64,000 nt of DNA from Spirochaetia bacterium (GTDB taxonomy: Bacteria; Spirochaetota; Spirochaetia; SZUA-6; Bin103), in assembly GCA_965198005.1 (NCBI GenBank), contig CBDAOI010000004.1, positions 2,384,549 through 2,448,548 of the forward strand, written 5' to 3'. Below are positions 52,864 through 61,868 of the stretch, in pieces. Position 1 is the stretch's first letter. Every line of letters begins with the position of its first letter. Made by a program: the position numbers and the translations under genes. A model generated the notes under the pieces. The model had not been told where the DNA came from and did no database searches. It was given only the letters and a program-made list of their open reading frames with translations.

Positions 52864-53181
52864 GTGGTGGACCTGCGGTTCGCCGAGCGCGTCGACGACA
52901 GCGAGCTTGCCGACGAGCTACGCATTCTCGGAGCGCTGCGGGTCCCGGTAACCGTGTGCCTGTCGGAGGACTTCTTCGAAGTGGCACGCACCGGCGACCG
53001 GATGCTGGTGACCTATCGCCGGAAGGCACGGCGCGAACTGGGGGCGGCCTGCGACGTCGGCATCGTGCCGCCTCCCGACGCCGAGGTCGCCACCGAGGTG
53101 GAGCAGTGGCTCGATCATCCGGAGCGCATGCAGTGGATGCTGCGGCTGTCCCCGATGCTGCGCGCCCGCCACGGCGATTGA
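52864..53181 (+). pseudogene. Thioredoxin-family protein, C-terminal part
   Basis: RVPVTVCLSEDF..GDRM..MLRLSP.LRARHGD; the CxxC-containing N-terminus is absent. Confidence 0.6.
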
Positions 53182-53312
53182 GGCAGCCATGGGCTGATTT
53201 CGGCGATCGACAGCAGGCTCGGCACCACCTCGGGCAGCGGCCCGACCTGGCCGCTGATTTTTTCAGGGCTACGTCCGTTTCTGACGTACACGCGACGTAA
53301 CTTGTGCCAATC

Positions 53313-55155
53313 ATGGCATCCATCATCACCGACTACGAGCGGCACCTCGTCTTCTCCTACCTGTTCAACCTCGTGGCGCGGCCTTCGGACACCCGCCTGC
53401 GCCACGCGCTTGACAAGGAGAACGTGCCGGAGTGGATCATCGAGCACGCCGATCATCGAATCGTTGCTCGACACCGTCGACCGACCCGAGCTGCCGTACA
53501 TCTTCAGCCTGCGCAATCCACTGCTGGCGGGAGTGCTCGGCGTCTCCACCAATACCATTCGCGAACGCTGTAGTCCCGGCGCACCGCTCATGCGCTCGGG
53601 GCTGGTCTCCTTCGACAGTGACCACGACCTCAGACTGGTGAAGCGCCTGGTGCGGCTGGCCGGCGCTCCCGATGACAGCGAGCAGGACGTGACCAGCCTG
53701 CTGCTGGGCGCTCCCGCTCCGACCGAGCTCGAATGGTCCGACTTCAACCACCTCGGAGAAGATCGCAGGCACATCGGAAAGATCCTGGAGGGTGCTCTGA
53801 ACAGCGGCGCCGCCGGCGTCAACATCCTGCTGTACGGCCCGCCGGGCAGCGGCAAGACGGAATTCACCAAGGTGCTCGCGGCCCGGCTCGGCGTCAACCT
53901 GTTCAGCATCGGCGAGTCGGACGACGACGGTGACGAGCCAAGCCGCCTGGAAAGACTTCAGGAACTGAAGCTGGCCCACGTACTGGCACGCGACCGCAGG
54001 TCGATTCTGCTGTTCGACGAGATGGAGGACCTTCTCGCCGGGGAGCAGGATTCACTTTCGCTGCCCGCTCTGTTGTTCTCCCCGTGGCGCGGCAGTGAGG
54101 GATCCAAGGTGTTTCTGAACCGAGTGCTGGAGCGGGCGCCGGTGCCGACGGTGTGGGTCATGAACGACGTACGAGCGGTCAGCCCGGTCATCCTGCGCCG
54201 CATGATGTACGCGCTGGAGCTGCGCCTGCCACCGGCCGCGGTCAGAGAGTCGATCTGGGAACGGCAGCTCGCTCGGCACGAGATCGTGAGGGAACCCGGT
54301 ATCGCCGCGGCGCTGGCCAAAGAGTTCCCGGTGACTCCCGGCTTCGCGGACGGCGCCATACGCGGCGCGGCCCTGGCCAACGGTGACATGGATACGGTGC
54401 GCCGCGGCGTGAACAGCCTGCTCCGTGTTGTCCCTCCCGACATCACCCACCTGGAAGTCGAGACACCCGAACGGTACGAGCCGGCGCTCATCCGCGCCGA
54501 CACCGACCTCGGTCGGCTCGCGGACCAGGTCGTAGCCGGCCGGTCGCACCACTTCTCGCTGTGCCTGGAAGGACCGCCAGGCACCGGAAAGAGCGCCTAC
54601 GTACGCTATCTGGCCGAACGCCTCGGGCTGCCGGTCGTGCAGAAACGGGCCTCCGACCTGCTCTCTCCCTTCCACGGAGCGACGGAACAGCGGATTGCCG
54701 CCGCGTTCACCGAAGCGCGCGCCGCCCAAGCCTTTCTCGTCTTCGACGAAGCGGACTCGCTGCTCGCCGACCGGAGCCACGCACACCGGAGCTGGGAAAT
54801 CACCCAGGTCAACGAGATGCTCACCTGGATGGAATCGCACCCCCTCCCATTCGCGTGTACCACCAATCTCGGCACCGTGCTCGACCCGGCGACGCTGCGC
54901 CGCTTCCTGTTCAAGGTCTCCCTCGGCTACCTCACCCCCGAGCAGGCGCAGACCGCGTTCACGCTCTACTTCGACCACACGCCCCCGCCGGGGGTGGCAA
55001 CCCTCGCCAACCTCACTCCCGGCGACTTCGCCCTCGTCCACAGACAAGCGAAGTTTCGCGGCTGCCTGCACGATCCACAGGCACTGGCGGCCCTGCTGCG
55101 CGCCGAGTGCGCCGCCAAACCCGGACAAACCGGCCATCTCGGCTTCGGGCGGTAG
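53313..55155 (+). pseudogene. Twin-domain AAA+ ATPase with deletion/frameshift near 53450
   Basis: GPPGSGKT/FDEMED and GPPGTGKS/FDEADS; N-terminal MASIITDYE is in another frame. Confidence 0.85.
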
Positions 55156-55299
55156 CAGCCAACGCATCCCCATCTCGACCGCGACGGGCATGACTTCCAA
55201 GAAATCTTGTTCCCCCCTGGTCGTTTTCCGCCCGCCCGCTACGGCTGGGAGATGCGCTGCCAATTCAACCGCCGGCAACGCGCATGCCGGATCACCCGG

Positions 55300-55838
55300 C
55301 TATTGCGCCCGTTCCTTGAGGGCCAGCGCGCGCCGGGCACCGGCCACCATGTCGGCGACGGAGCAGCCGTGGGGGTCGAGCAGGTCGAAGTAGGGGCCGG
55401 ACTCGGTAAAGCAATCGGCGATGCCGGTGCGCACCACGGGCACGGGGCAGGTCTCGGCGAGCGCCTCCGCCACCGCGCCGCCCAGGCCGCCGATCACGTT
55501 GTGCTCCTCGGCGGTGACGATGGCGCGGGTCTCGCGGGCCGCTGCCGCCAGCGTGTCGGCGTCAAGCGGCTTGATGGTGTGCAGGTCGATCACCCGGCAC
55601 CGCACGCCATCGCCCGCCAACTGCTCCGCCGCGGCCACGGCCCGCGCCACCATCACACCGGTTGCGACGATGGCCGGGTCGCTGCCGGGGCGCACCACCT
55701 GGGCGCGGCCCAGCTCCAGGTCGGCGGCCGGGCCGGCGTCGCCGGTGCCGTACACCGCCGGCACAGGTCCGGGTTGCTGTGCCCCAGCTCCACCAGCGCC
55801 TTGCCGTAGGCGACGCGGGTGTTGATCAGTTCAGCCAC
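55300..55838 (-). pseudogene. Transketolase C-terminal subunit with large internal deletion
   Basis: TRVAYGKALVELG start joined out of frame to IVATGVMV, TIKPLD, EEHNVIGGLG. Confidence 0.85.
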
Positions 55839-55969
55839 TGCTGCATCCCCGCTTCCGGCGCCGCCGGCCGGTCGCGGTCCTCGGAACGCCACAGACAGCG
55901 CCTTGCTGCCTGTTCCGCAAGCGGCTATGTTCTCGGCATCCGTCGGCGGGACGGCCTGACGGTAATCGC

Positions 55970-56527
55970 ATGGACTTCGAACGCGTTCTTCGTGAGCTGG
56001 CATCCGATTTCAACGAGCACGAAGTCCCATACGCCGTGATTGGCGGGTTCGCCCTGGGCCTGCTAGGGATACAGCGGGCGACCATGGACCTCGACTTCCT
56101 GGTGGCCCGGGACGCGCTTCCACAGGTCGATGAGATCATGCAGCGTCGTGGTTATCGTCTTCGCCACCGAAGCGAGAACGTATCCCAGTTCGCGTCGGAT
56201 TCGGCTCCTCTTGGCCAGGTCGACATCCTGCACGCTTTTCGCAAAGTCTCGACCGGCATGCTGAGCCGAGCTTCCGAGTTGCCCGTGTTTGCCGGCAGCC
56301 TCCGCGTCCGCACGCTGCGGCCGGAGGATGTCATCGGCCTGAAAGTGCAAGCGCTGGCGAATGATCCGCAGAGGGAACGCCGGGATCTGGTCGACATCGA
56401 GTTGCTGGCCGAACGCTACGCCGCCGAGATCGACTGGGGACGGATGCGCGAGTACTTCGCGCTGTTTGGAAAAGTGGAGCTGTATGAGGGAATCCGAGAG
56501 GCCCACGGTCCCGCTGACCGTGGCTGA
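55970..56527 (+). CDS. Nucleotidyltransferase family protein
   Basis: YAVIGGFAL..RATMDLDFLV..EDVIGLK..RDLVDI. Confidence 0.85.
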   Translation: MDFERVLRELASDFNEHEVPYAVIGGFALGLLGIQRATMDLDFLVARDALPQVDEIMQRRGYRLRHRSENVSQFASDSAPLGQVDILHAFRKVSTGMLSRASELPVFAGSLRVRTLRPEDVIGLKVQALANDPQRERRDLVDIELLAERYAAEIDWGRMREYFALFGKVELYEGIREAHGPADRG

Positions 56528-56708
56528 GAAGGCCGAGCTGCTAGCGCTGGCGGAATCCGCCGAGTTGCGCAAAGATCTGCGTTCCGGCGCCCGGGAACGG
56601 GAAGCCAGCGTCGACGAATACATCGCCTTCGTGACCGGTATCGCCAGACTGTCGAACCACGCGCGCCGGCCCTTCCGTCCCATGATCGGCAACCGCTTCA
56701 TGCTGTAA
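56484..56708 (+). CDS. Small hypothetical partner of the nucleotidyltransferase
   Basis: 74 aa helical ORF overlapping the NTase end. Confidence 0.5.
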   Translation: MRESERPTVPLTVAEKAELLALAESAELRKDLRSGAREREASVDEYIAFVTGIARLSNHARRPFRPMIGNRFML

Positions 56709-56759
56709 GCCGGCTGCGCCTGCCGAGTCAGCCGGTGTATTGGTCGGCGGCTCCGTGCG

Positions 56760-57150
56760 TGCCCTCGCCGAGGAAATTGATGGCCAGCACCGCTACCGCG
56801 ATCCACAGCGGGAAGCCCCACAGGGAATCCGATGAACGCGGAGCCGATCATGAAGTCCACGTGGGTCACGTTGGAGTTGGCGCCCGCGTCCGCGAGTTGC
56901 TGCTCCGACATGGTGTCGACGCCGTCGAGGCACACCGCCTACCAGGATCGGCAACTGCAAGCCGACCAGGATGGCGATTCGACATCCAGGCTGTATTGGC
57001 CGATCTCGACATCGACGCCGATCTCGGCCCAGTAGGCGGCGGCGATCTGTGCATAGCTCGCCGACCCGAGGACTCTCATTGGCGTCGTGAATCTCGTGCC
57101 ATCCGCGCCGCGCGGATATCCCGCGTCATCAAGGGGCTATTCCGCCTGTT
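56760..57150 (-). pseudogene. Mosaic of fragments: family-5 SBP, M29 aminopeptidase C-terminus, DppC-like C-terminus
   Basis: DDAGYPRGADGTRF..YWAEIGVDVEI; GANSNVTHVDFMIGS; LWIAVAVLAINFLGEG. Confidence 0.65.
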
Positions 57151-57229
57151 CAACGAGGCCAGGTCGCAATACCTGCGTCGCCTGCGGTCTGGCAACGCCG
57201 ACGGTGCCTCGGATCGGTCACTGCGGGAG

Positions 57230-57410
57230 ATGGAGCAGAGTTCGGGAGACTTGGCTGCAACGCAGCATCCAGGTTGACGCTTCCGGTCAGTCGGCGCGAA
57301 TCGGCACAAGTCACGAGCGAACGGTGCTGGCCGGGAAGAGCCTGTTTGCCAAGTCGGAAAGCGCCGGCGACTGCCGCGGGAGCCGCTTGCACGGCGGACT
57401 CAAAACTCAT
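57230..57410 (-). pseudogene. Hypothetical partner of the ABC-type ATPase, truncated
   Basis: MSFESAV..GKQAL..RLTGSVNLDAAL; ATG overlaps the ATPase stop. Confidence 0.5.
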
Positions 57411-58457
57411 GAACGCTCGACTGGCTGACTTCGAGCGGCTACGTGGGCTACCAGATCGCCCACCCTGCCGGACCCTGCCGTCAATCCTCCCCAGCCGGCC
57501 TCGTCGAGGCTGTCGGCGGCCGGGTCCAGGTTGGAAATGTCTCGTACGTGACCGGCCTGGGAGAAATAGTGCACCCGGAGTGTGCGCTTCAGTACGGATT
57601 CGGCGAGTTCCCGCGTACCCGCGCTGGACTTCAAACCAAGGAGTTCCAGAACGTCGGCCGGCTGTGCGCCATGAGCCTGGAAGAAGCGAAGCGCCCACAC
57701 GAGGTCGAGTACATGCGGCGACTACCCACCTCACCGTACCGACGCCGGGCGGGGCCGATGGCGGAAGAAGTGGGTAGAGTCCCATCAGCAACGGAACGAA
57801 CTCCCGTTGTCCGGCCGACCAGACCAGAAATGGAAGCGAGGTTCCGGAGCGTCGCCGCAAGACGATGCGACGCTGATACTTGGCGTGTTCCGTCTCGAGT
57901 CGGAAACCGCCAAAGACGTGCCGTTCCAGTGGTCGGGTCAAGGCGGGGCTCAAGCGTCCTCTGTGCGGGAATATCCCGGTGGAGCGGCTGAACTCGTTCT
58001 GCACCAACTGGTGGATCCGATCGCTGAACGTGCGGAGCACATAGGGATCCCCGGACCGGTAGTCGGTGAATGGTCTCGTGATGCCGTCACGGAAACTGAG
58101 CACCCGCTGTGCGGGGATGTATGACATCTTCTCGACCGGTCGGGCCGCATGACGACCTGCGTAGCGCACAAACTCGACCTCATGGTCGTCTACGAGCAGC
58201 TTGCTGTCGCCTTCTGTCCACAGTTTGGCCATCCCTTCTCCGAAGTAGACCTCCAGGAAGCCGTCTCGCTCGTCATTCCAATCGATGCCGAATCGCTGCA
58301 GCTGCTGGTGGATCATGGACTTGTCCACCACCAATTTCAGGAGTTGGAGGAAAATGCTCTTGCCGGTGGCCTGTGGACCGACGAGTACCGTGAGGTCCCC
58401 GAACTCGACTCGAGCATCGACGATCGGCCCGATGTCATGTGCCTGTATGCGGTTCAT
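57407..58457 (-). pseudogene. AAA_15/AAA_21 ABC-type ATPase (defence-associated type); deletion removes Walker B
   Basis: IGPIVDA, VGPQATGKS, YIPAQR, WSAGQRE; frame jumps near 57715. Confidence 0.8.
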
Positions 58458-58884
58458 CGTATCATCGTAGTCCCGAGGCAGACGAATGCTTCGCAGATGT
58501 GGAGTACACGCTTGAGCCCGACTCCGAACCGGCTGAACCGCCCGATCTTCGTTGCGTCCTCCGCTTTGGAGCCTCCGAGTGTCCACCGGCACGTGCTGCA
58601 TGCGGGCGAACTCGTCTTGCCGCTGCCCGGCGGGCCGTATCAGCAGGATGTTCATGCCCGCCACGGACGAATCGCACTGCAGCAGGTCGGCGTGCTTGAT
58701 GATCCACTCGGGTAGGTCTCCTTGTCAAGCGCGAGCTGCCTCCCGTTCCAGATCTCACTCTCAGACTCCAACCCCGGATCGCCGGTTTGCGCTATGATGG
58801 CGGTTATGGCAGCTTCCCACGAGACCAAATATCGCGATAGACGGCAGGGCTTCTGGCGCAACACGTGTGCCGGCGCGCTACTAC

Positions 58885-59165
58885 GTACCAGCACCGCGCG
58901 CAGCCGATGCAGCATGGTCCACGCCGTCTGGTAGGAGCCGATCTCCAGCGTCCGCTTCAGGCTCAGCGCCGAATTCCCATCCTTGCCGGTGACAAACAGC
59001 CAGCAGGCAGTGAACCACACCGTCAACGGCGTTCGTGTCCGGTCGAAAATCGTGCCCGCGGTCACCGAGGTACGGCTTTTCGCACCCGGAGCACATGAGC
59101 CTACCGTCACCGATCCGCCACGCCCCGTGGTGACCACACGCCGGGCAGCCGAAGCCGGTGGGCGA
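58885..59165 (-). mobile_element. IS1595-family transposase N-terminal fragment
   Basis: GFGCPACG zinc ribbon, SVTAGTIFDRTRTPLTVWF, SYQTAWTMLHRLR. Confidence 0.85.
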
Positions 59166-59174
59166 CTTGCGGCA

Positions 59175-59340
59175 CTGGGGGCAGTCGACCGCGCGCGCCA
59201 CCGGCATGACCCACCCCTTTCCGCGCGCCGGCGACGCGGTGGTACGGATCATGCGCGCCACCGGGGAGCAGGGCTGGGCAGTGTCCGACGCCGACAGCTT
59301 CGCCGCGGCCCGCCGGCTGGCCCGGCGCGAGGGACGTTCC
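59175..59340 (+). pseudogene. PLP-dependent (threonine synthase-like) fragment
   Basis: AVSDADSFAAARRLARREG. Confidence 0.55.
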
Positions 59341-59439
59341 TGCAGCCGGCGGCGGCCGCGCCGGCGGCCTGCCTGCTGACCGGGCGCCTGCCCGAATCCC
59401 GTGACCCGCGCCCGGTGGTGCTGCAGCTCCCGGTAGCCG

Positions 59440-59554
59440 TGCACGTGCCCATCCACGTCTTCTGAATGCACGCGCCGAGCTGCGCGCCGGGGGTGATCAG
59501 GTACCAGCCGTCGGGAAACGGATGCAGGGAGTGAGCGCCGTTCGGGCTCGTCAT
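59440..59554 (-). pseudogene. Rieske oxygenase N-terminal fragment
   Basis: PFPDGWY...KTWMG. Confidence 0.5.
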
Positions 59555-59573
59555 GCCGTCCTCCCCCGGCGGG

Positions 59574-59890
59574 CTATCCCGCCCGCGCCAGGACCGGTTG
59601 TGCCAGCCTGCTTTGGGTCTCGTAGATCGACCCCCGCCGCTCGTGCTGGAGGAGGGGGATGCGCACCGGGACCGCGGTGACGCGCGGCACCACGGTCGGC
59701 GCGCCGCGCAGGATCCTGGCGTCGAACGTCTCCAGGTCCTTGAAGTTGACCGGCGGCCACGCGTCGAGGGCGCACATCTCCAGCAGCATCAGGCGCCGCG
59801 GCCGGGCCGACCGGTTCGGCGCCGAGCCGTGCAGCGTGCGCACGTGATGCAGGGGTGATGCCGCCGGCGGGGACCGTGACGCTCTCCACC
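59574..59890 (-). pseudogene. Phytanoyl-CoA dioxygenase family C-terminal fragment
   Basis: VPAGG..HHVRTLHGSAPNRSARPRR..GSIYETQ. Confidence 0.75.
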
Positions 59891-59984
59891 TGCGCGGGTT
59901 CGATTTCGGCATCAGTAACCGCGCATGACCCACCGCATCCTCACCACGCTGCTGGAGACGATCGACGGCTGACTTGAGTCGATG

Positions 59985-60479
59985 TCAACGGCCGCCGCGA
60001 CCCGATTGTCGTGACATATGTTTCCGTTGAGTATCGCTGGCAATGGTCGTGACACACATCATCTGCACCCGATCGGGACACGTGGTTCGGGCCTGTGACA
60101 AGTAATCGATGGCGTATCGCGCGCGCTCGATCGCCTCTTGGGCATCGCTCTTGTCCGGTTCGTACGTGTGGTCGTAGTCGGCACGCTGACGACTCAGATA
60201 AAGGAGCACAAATCGCTTCGCAAACTCTCGCAAGTTGTCGTCGCCACGGTTATTCCCTTTGAGCGTCTCGCAAACTGAGCGGGCCTTGCCGTGTTCGACC
60301 AACCTGCGAGCGGTAGCTTTCACGTTTCGCCTGTAGGGCCGGGCGATCTCTGCCGTGAATGCGGTGAATAAAGCGTAGTAGGCGGTGGAGATCGAGCGGC
60401 GAATGCGTGCCCTCGATGGCCGGCCCCGTCCTGGGGGAACCAATGCCTCGGTTGCGTCGAGCAGCCCCTCCGGAGTCAC
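59985..60479 (-). CDS. HEPN-domain protein
   Basis: RRSISTAYYALF and RQRADY motifs. Confidence 0.8.
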   Translation of the reverse strand: MTPEGLLDATEALVPPGRGRPSRARIRRSISTAYYALFTAFTAEIARPYRRNVKATARRLVEHGKARSVCETLKGNNRGDDNLREFAKRFVLLYLSRQRADYDHTYEPDKSDAQEAIERARYAIDYLSQARTTCPDRVQMMCVTTIASDTQRKHMSRQSGRGGR

Positions 60480-60817
60480 CGGCTCTCCGGGGCTATGGCA
60501 GCAGACTCAGGGACAGCTCGGGCATTTCGGAATGCTCTTGCAACGGTTTTCGCGGTACGGAACAAACACGATGTACTGGCGACTCCGACCAATCGATCCG
60601 CCAGCATTTGCTCGTAGCCCATGAGCTTGTGATGCGGCCACACCTCACGTCCGGGATCCGGCGGCGGCAGTTCCCAGACCGTCGTCACTATCCACTCACC
60701 CTCCCAATCCGGATCAGGCTGGATCACCATATAGCGAATGCGGGCAGGGTCACCACTCCGGGACAGCTCCGTATTCAACTCAACGAGATTTCGTTCGGTT
60801 TCGTTCCATAGATCCAC
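60476..60817 (-). CDS. Hypothetical protein translationally coupled to the HEPN gene (antitoxin-like)
   Basis: GTGA overlap with the HEPN start; GGAGGGG RBS; start uncertain. Confidence 0.55.
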   Translation of the reverse strand: MDLWNETERNLVELNTELSRSGDPARIRYMVIQPDPDWEGEWIVTTVWELPPPDPGREVWPHHKLMGYEQMLADRLVGVASTSCLFRTAKTVARAFRNARAVPESAAIAPESR

Positions 60818-60987
60818 AGCTCCCCTCCAGACTGGTCGGGTGGTTGGTACCACCCCAGTTCGGCGGCGATGGGGTGGACATCCTCGGGCGCTTGAAGTAC
60901 GCTGGGTTGCACGGTGCGGGTGTTGCGCATCGCAACCTCCGGTGTTTCGGTTGGGGTGGTCCCGGTTCGTTTGACAGCCCGAGGGAT

Positions 60988-61016
60988 AGGTTAAGGTGTA
61001 TTGCGTTGTTTGTCAA
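60988..61016 (-). promoter_or_regulatory. Sigma70-type promoter for the HEPN module
   Basis: TTGACA-17-TAACCT on the minus strand. Confidence 0.6.
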
Positions 61017-61049
61017 CCCACCCCTCCCTCTCCGATTTTCCAGGACCAC

Positions 61050-61332
61050 CTCAGTTCGTCGGTCTCGACCACGACCCGGCGCATGCCGCGATAGGGAGAA
61101 AGCGTCGACTGGTGGTAGTCCAGGAATCCTCGGGCAGCGACCGGACGTGGTTCTTGACAGCCGGTTCACCACCCACTCGGCGTCCTCCCGGGGCTCGGCA
61201 TGGCCGGGCAGGAAGTCGATCACGAGATCCGAGGCCGGGGCCCGGTGCCTGGACCCAGACGCCGATGGGATCGTAACGTGGCGCCCGGATGCGGTCGCGC
61301 AGCGCGTACTCGACCATGTAGCGCAGTTTCAT
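61050..61332 (-). pseudogene. Hypothetical protein, frameshifted
   Basis: MKLRYMVEY..PIGVWVQAPGPGL continues as VIDFLPG..AEWVVNRL in another frame. Confidence 0.4.
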
Positions 61333-61349
61333 TCCCGGTCCTCTTCTCT

Positions 61350-61705
61350 GCAACTTCATTCCGACCCGTCTGGCCTACCTGTTGATCGCCGTCGTTGGGC
61401 TGTTCTTCCCGGGGTGTTCGGCGCGTAAGGCGCTGCTCATCGGGTGGCGCCAGCACGCCCTCGTTGCCGGTCCCAACTCCGCGTGGAGCGAAGCCGCGGT
61501 GGCCGGTGCGCTGCAGCGAGCGCATGGTCGGCCCGATCTGGCGGCACCAGGGGTTGATCACGGAGCTGTGGTTGGGCCGCGGCCGGCGATCCGGCGGCGG
61601 GGCAACCCGAGGACCTGCGGGGCACCTGTGGGCTGGTGATCGCCACCTGTGCCGTGGCCAGCCGGGGTGAGCGCGTTGCTCATCGGCACGGTTGGTCCCT
61701 GGTAG
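61350..61705 (+). pseudogene. CobD/CbiB (adenosylcobinamide-phosphate synthase) C-terminal fragment
   Basis: NFIPTRL..GPNSAWSEAAVAGAL..GP; frameshifted. Confidence 0.75.
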
Positions 61706-61868
61706 CGCCGGGCAACGACTCGGGAGTCGCCGCGGCCGACCACCGCCAGCCGACTCGGAGCGGCGGACCGGCTCGGACGGGCGATGGTTCTCGTTCGAAA
61801 CGGCGGATAGGCTACGGGGCCGGTTGCGCTGGTCCTTCGTACTAACTACCATACCGGCGAGCGACGTC

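Noticed and set aside
57150-58664. 504-aa ORF as a single multidomain protein
   Set aside because: Chimeric read-through of AAA/Mfd fragments, the ABC ATPase and its partner gene.
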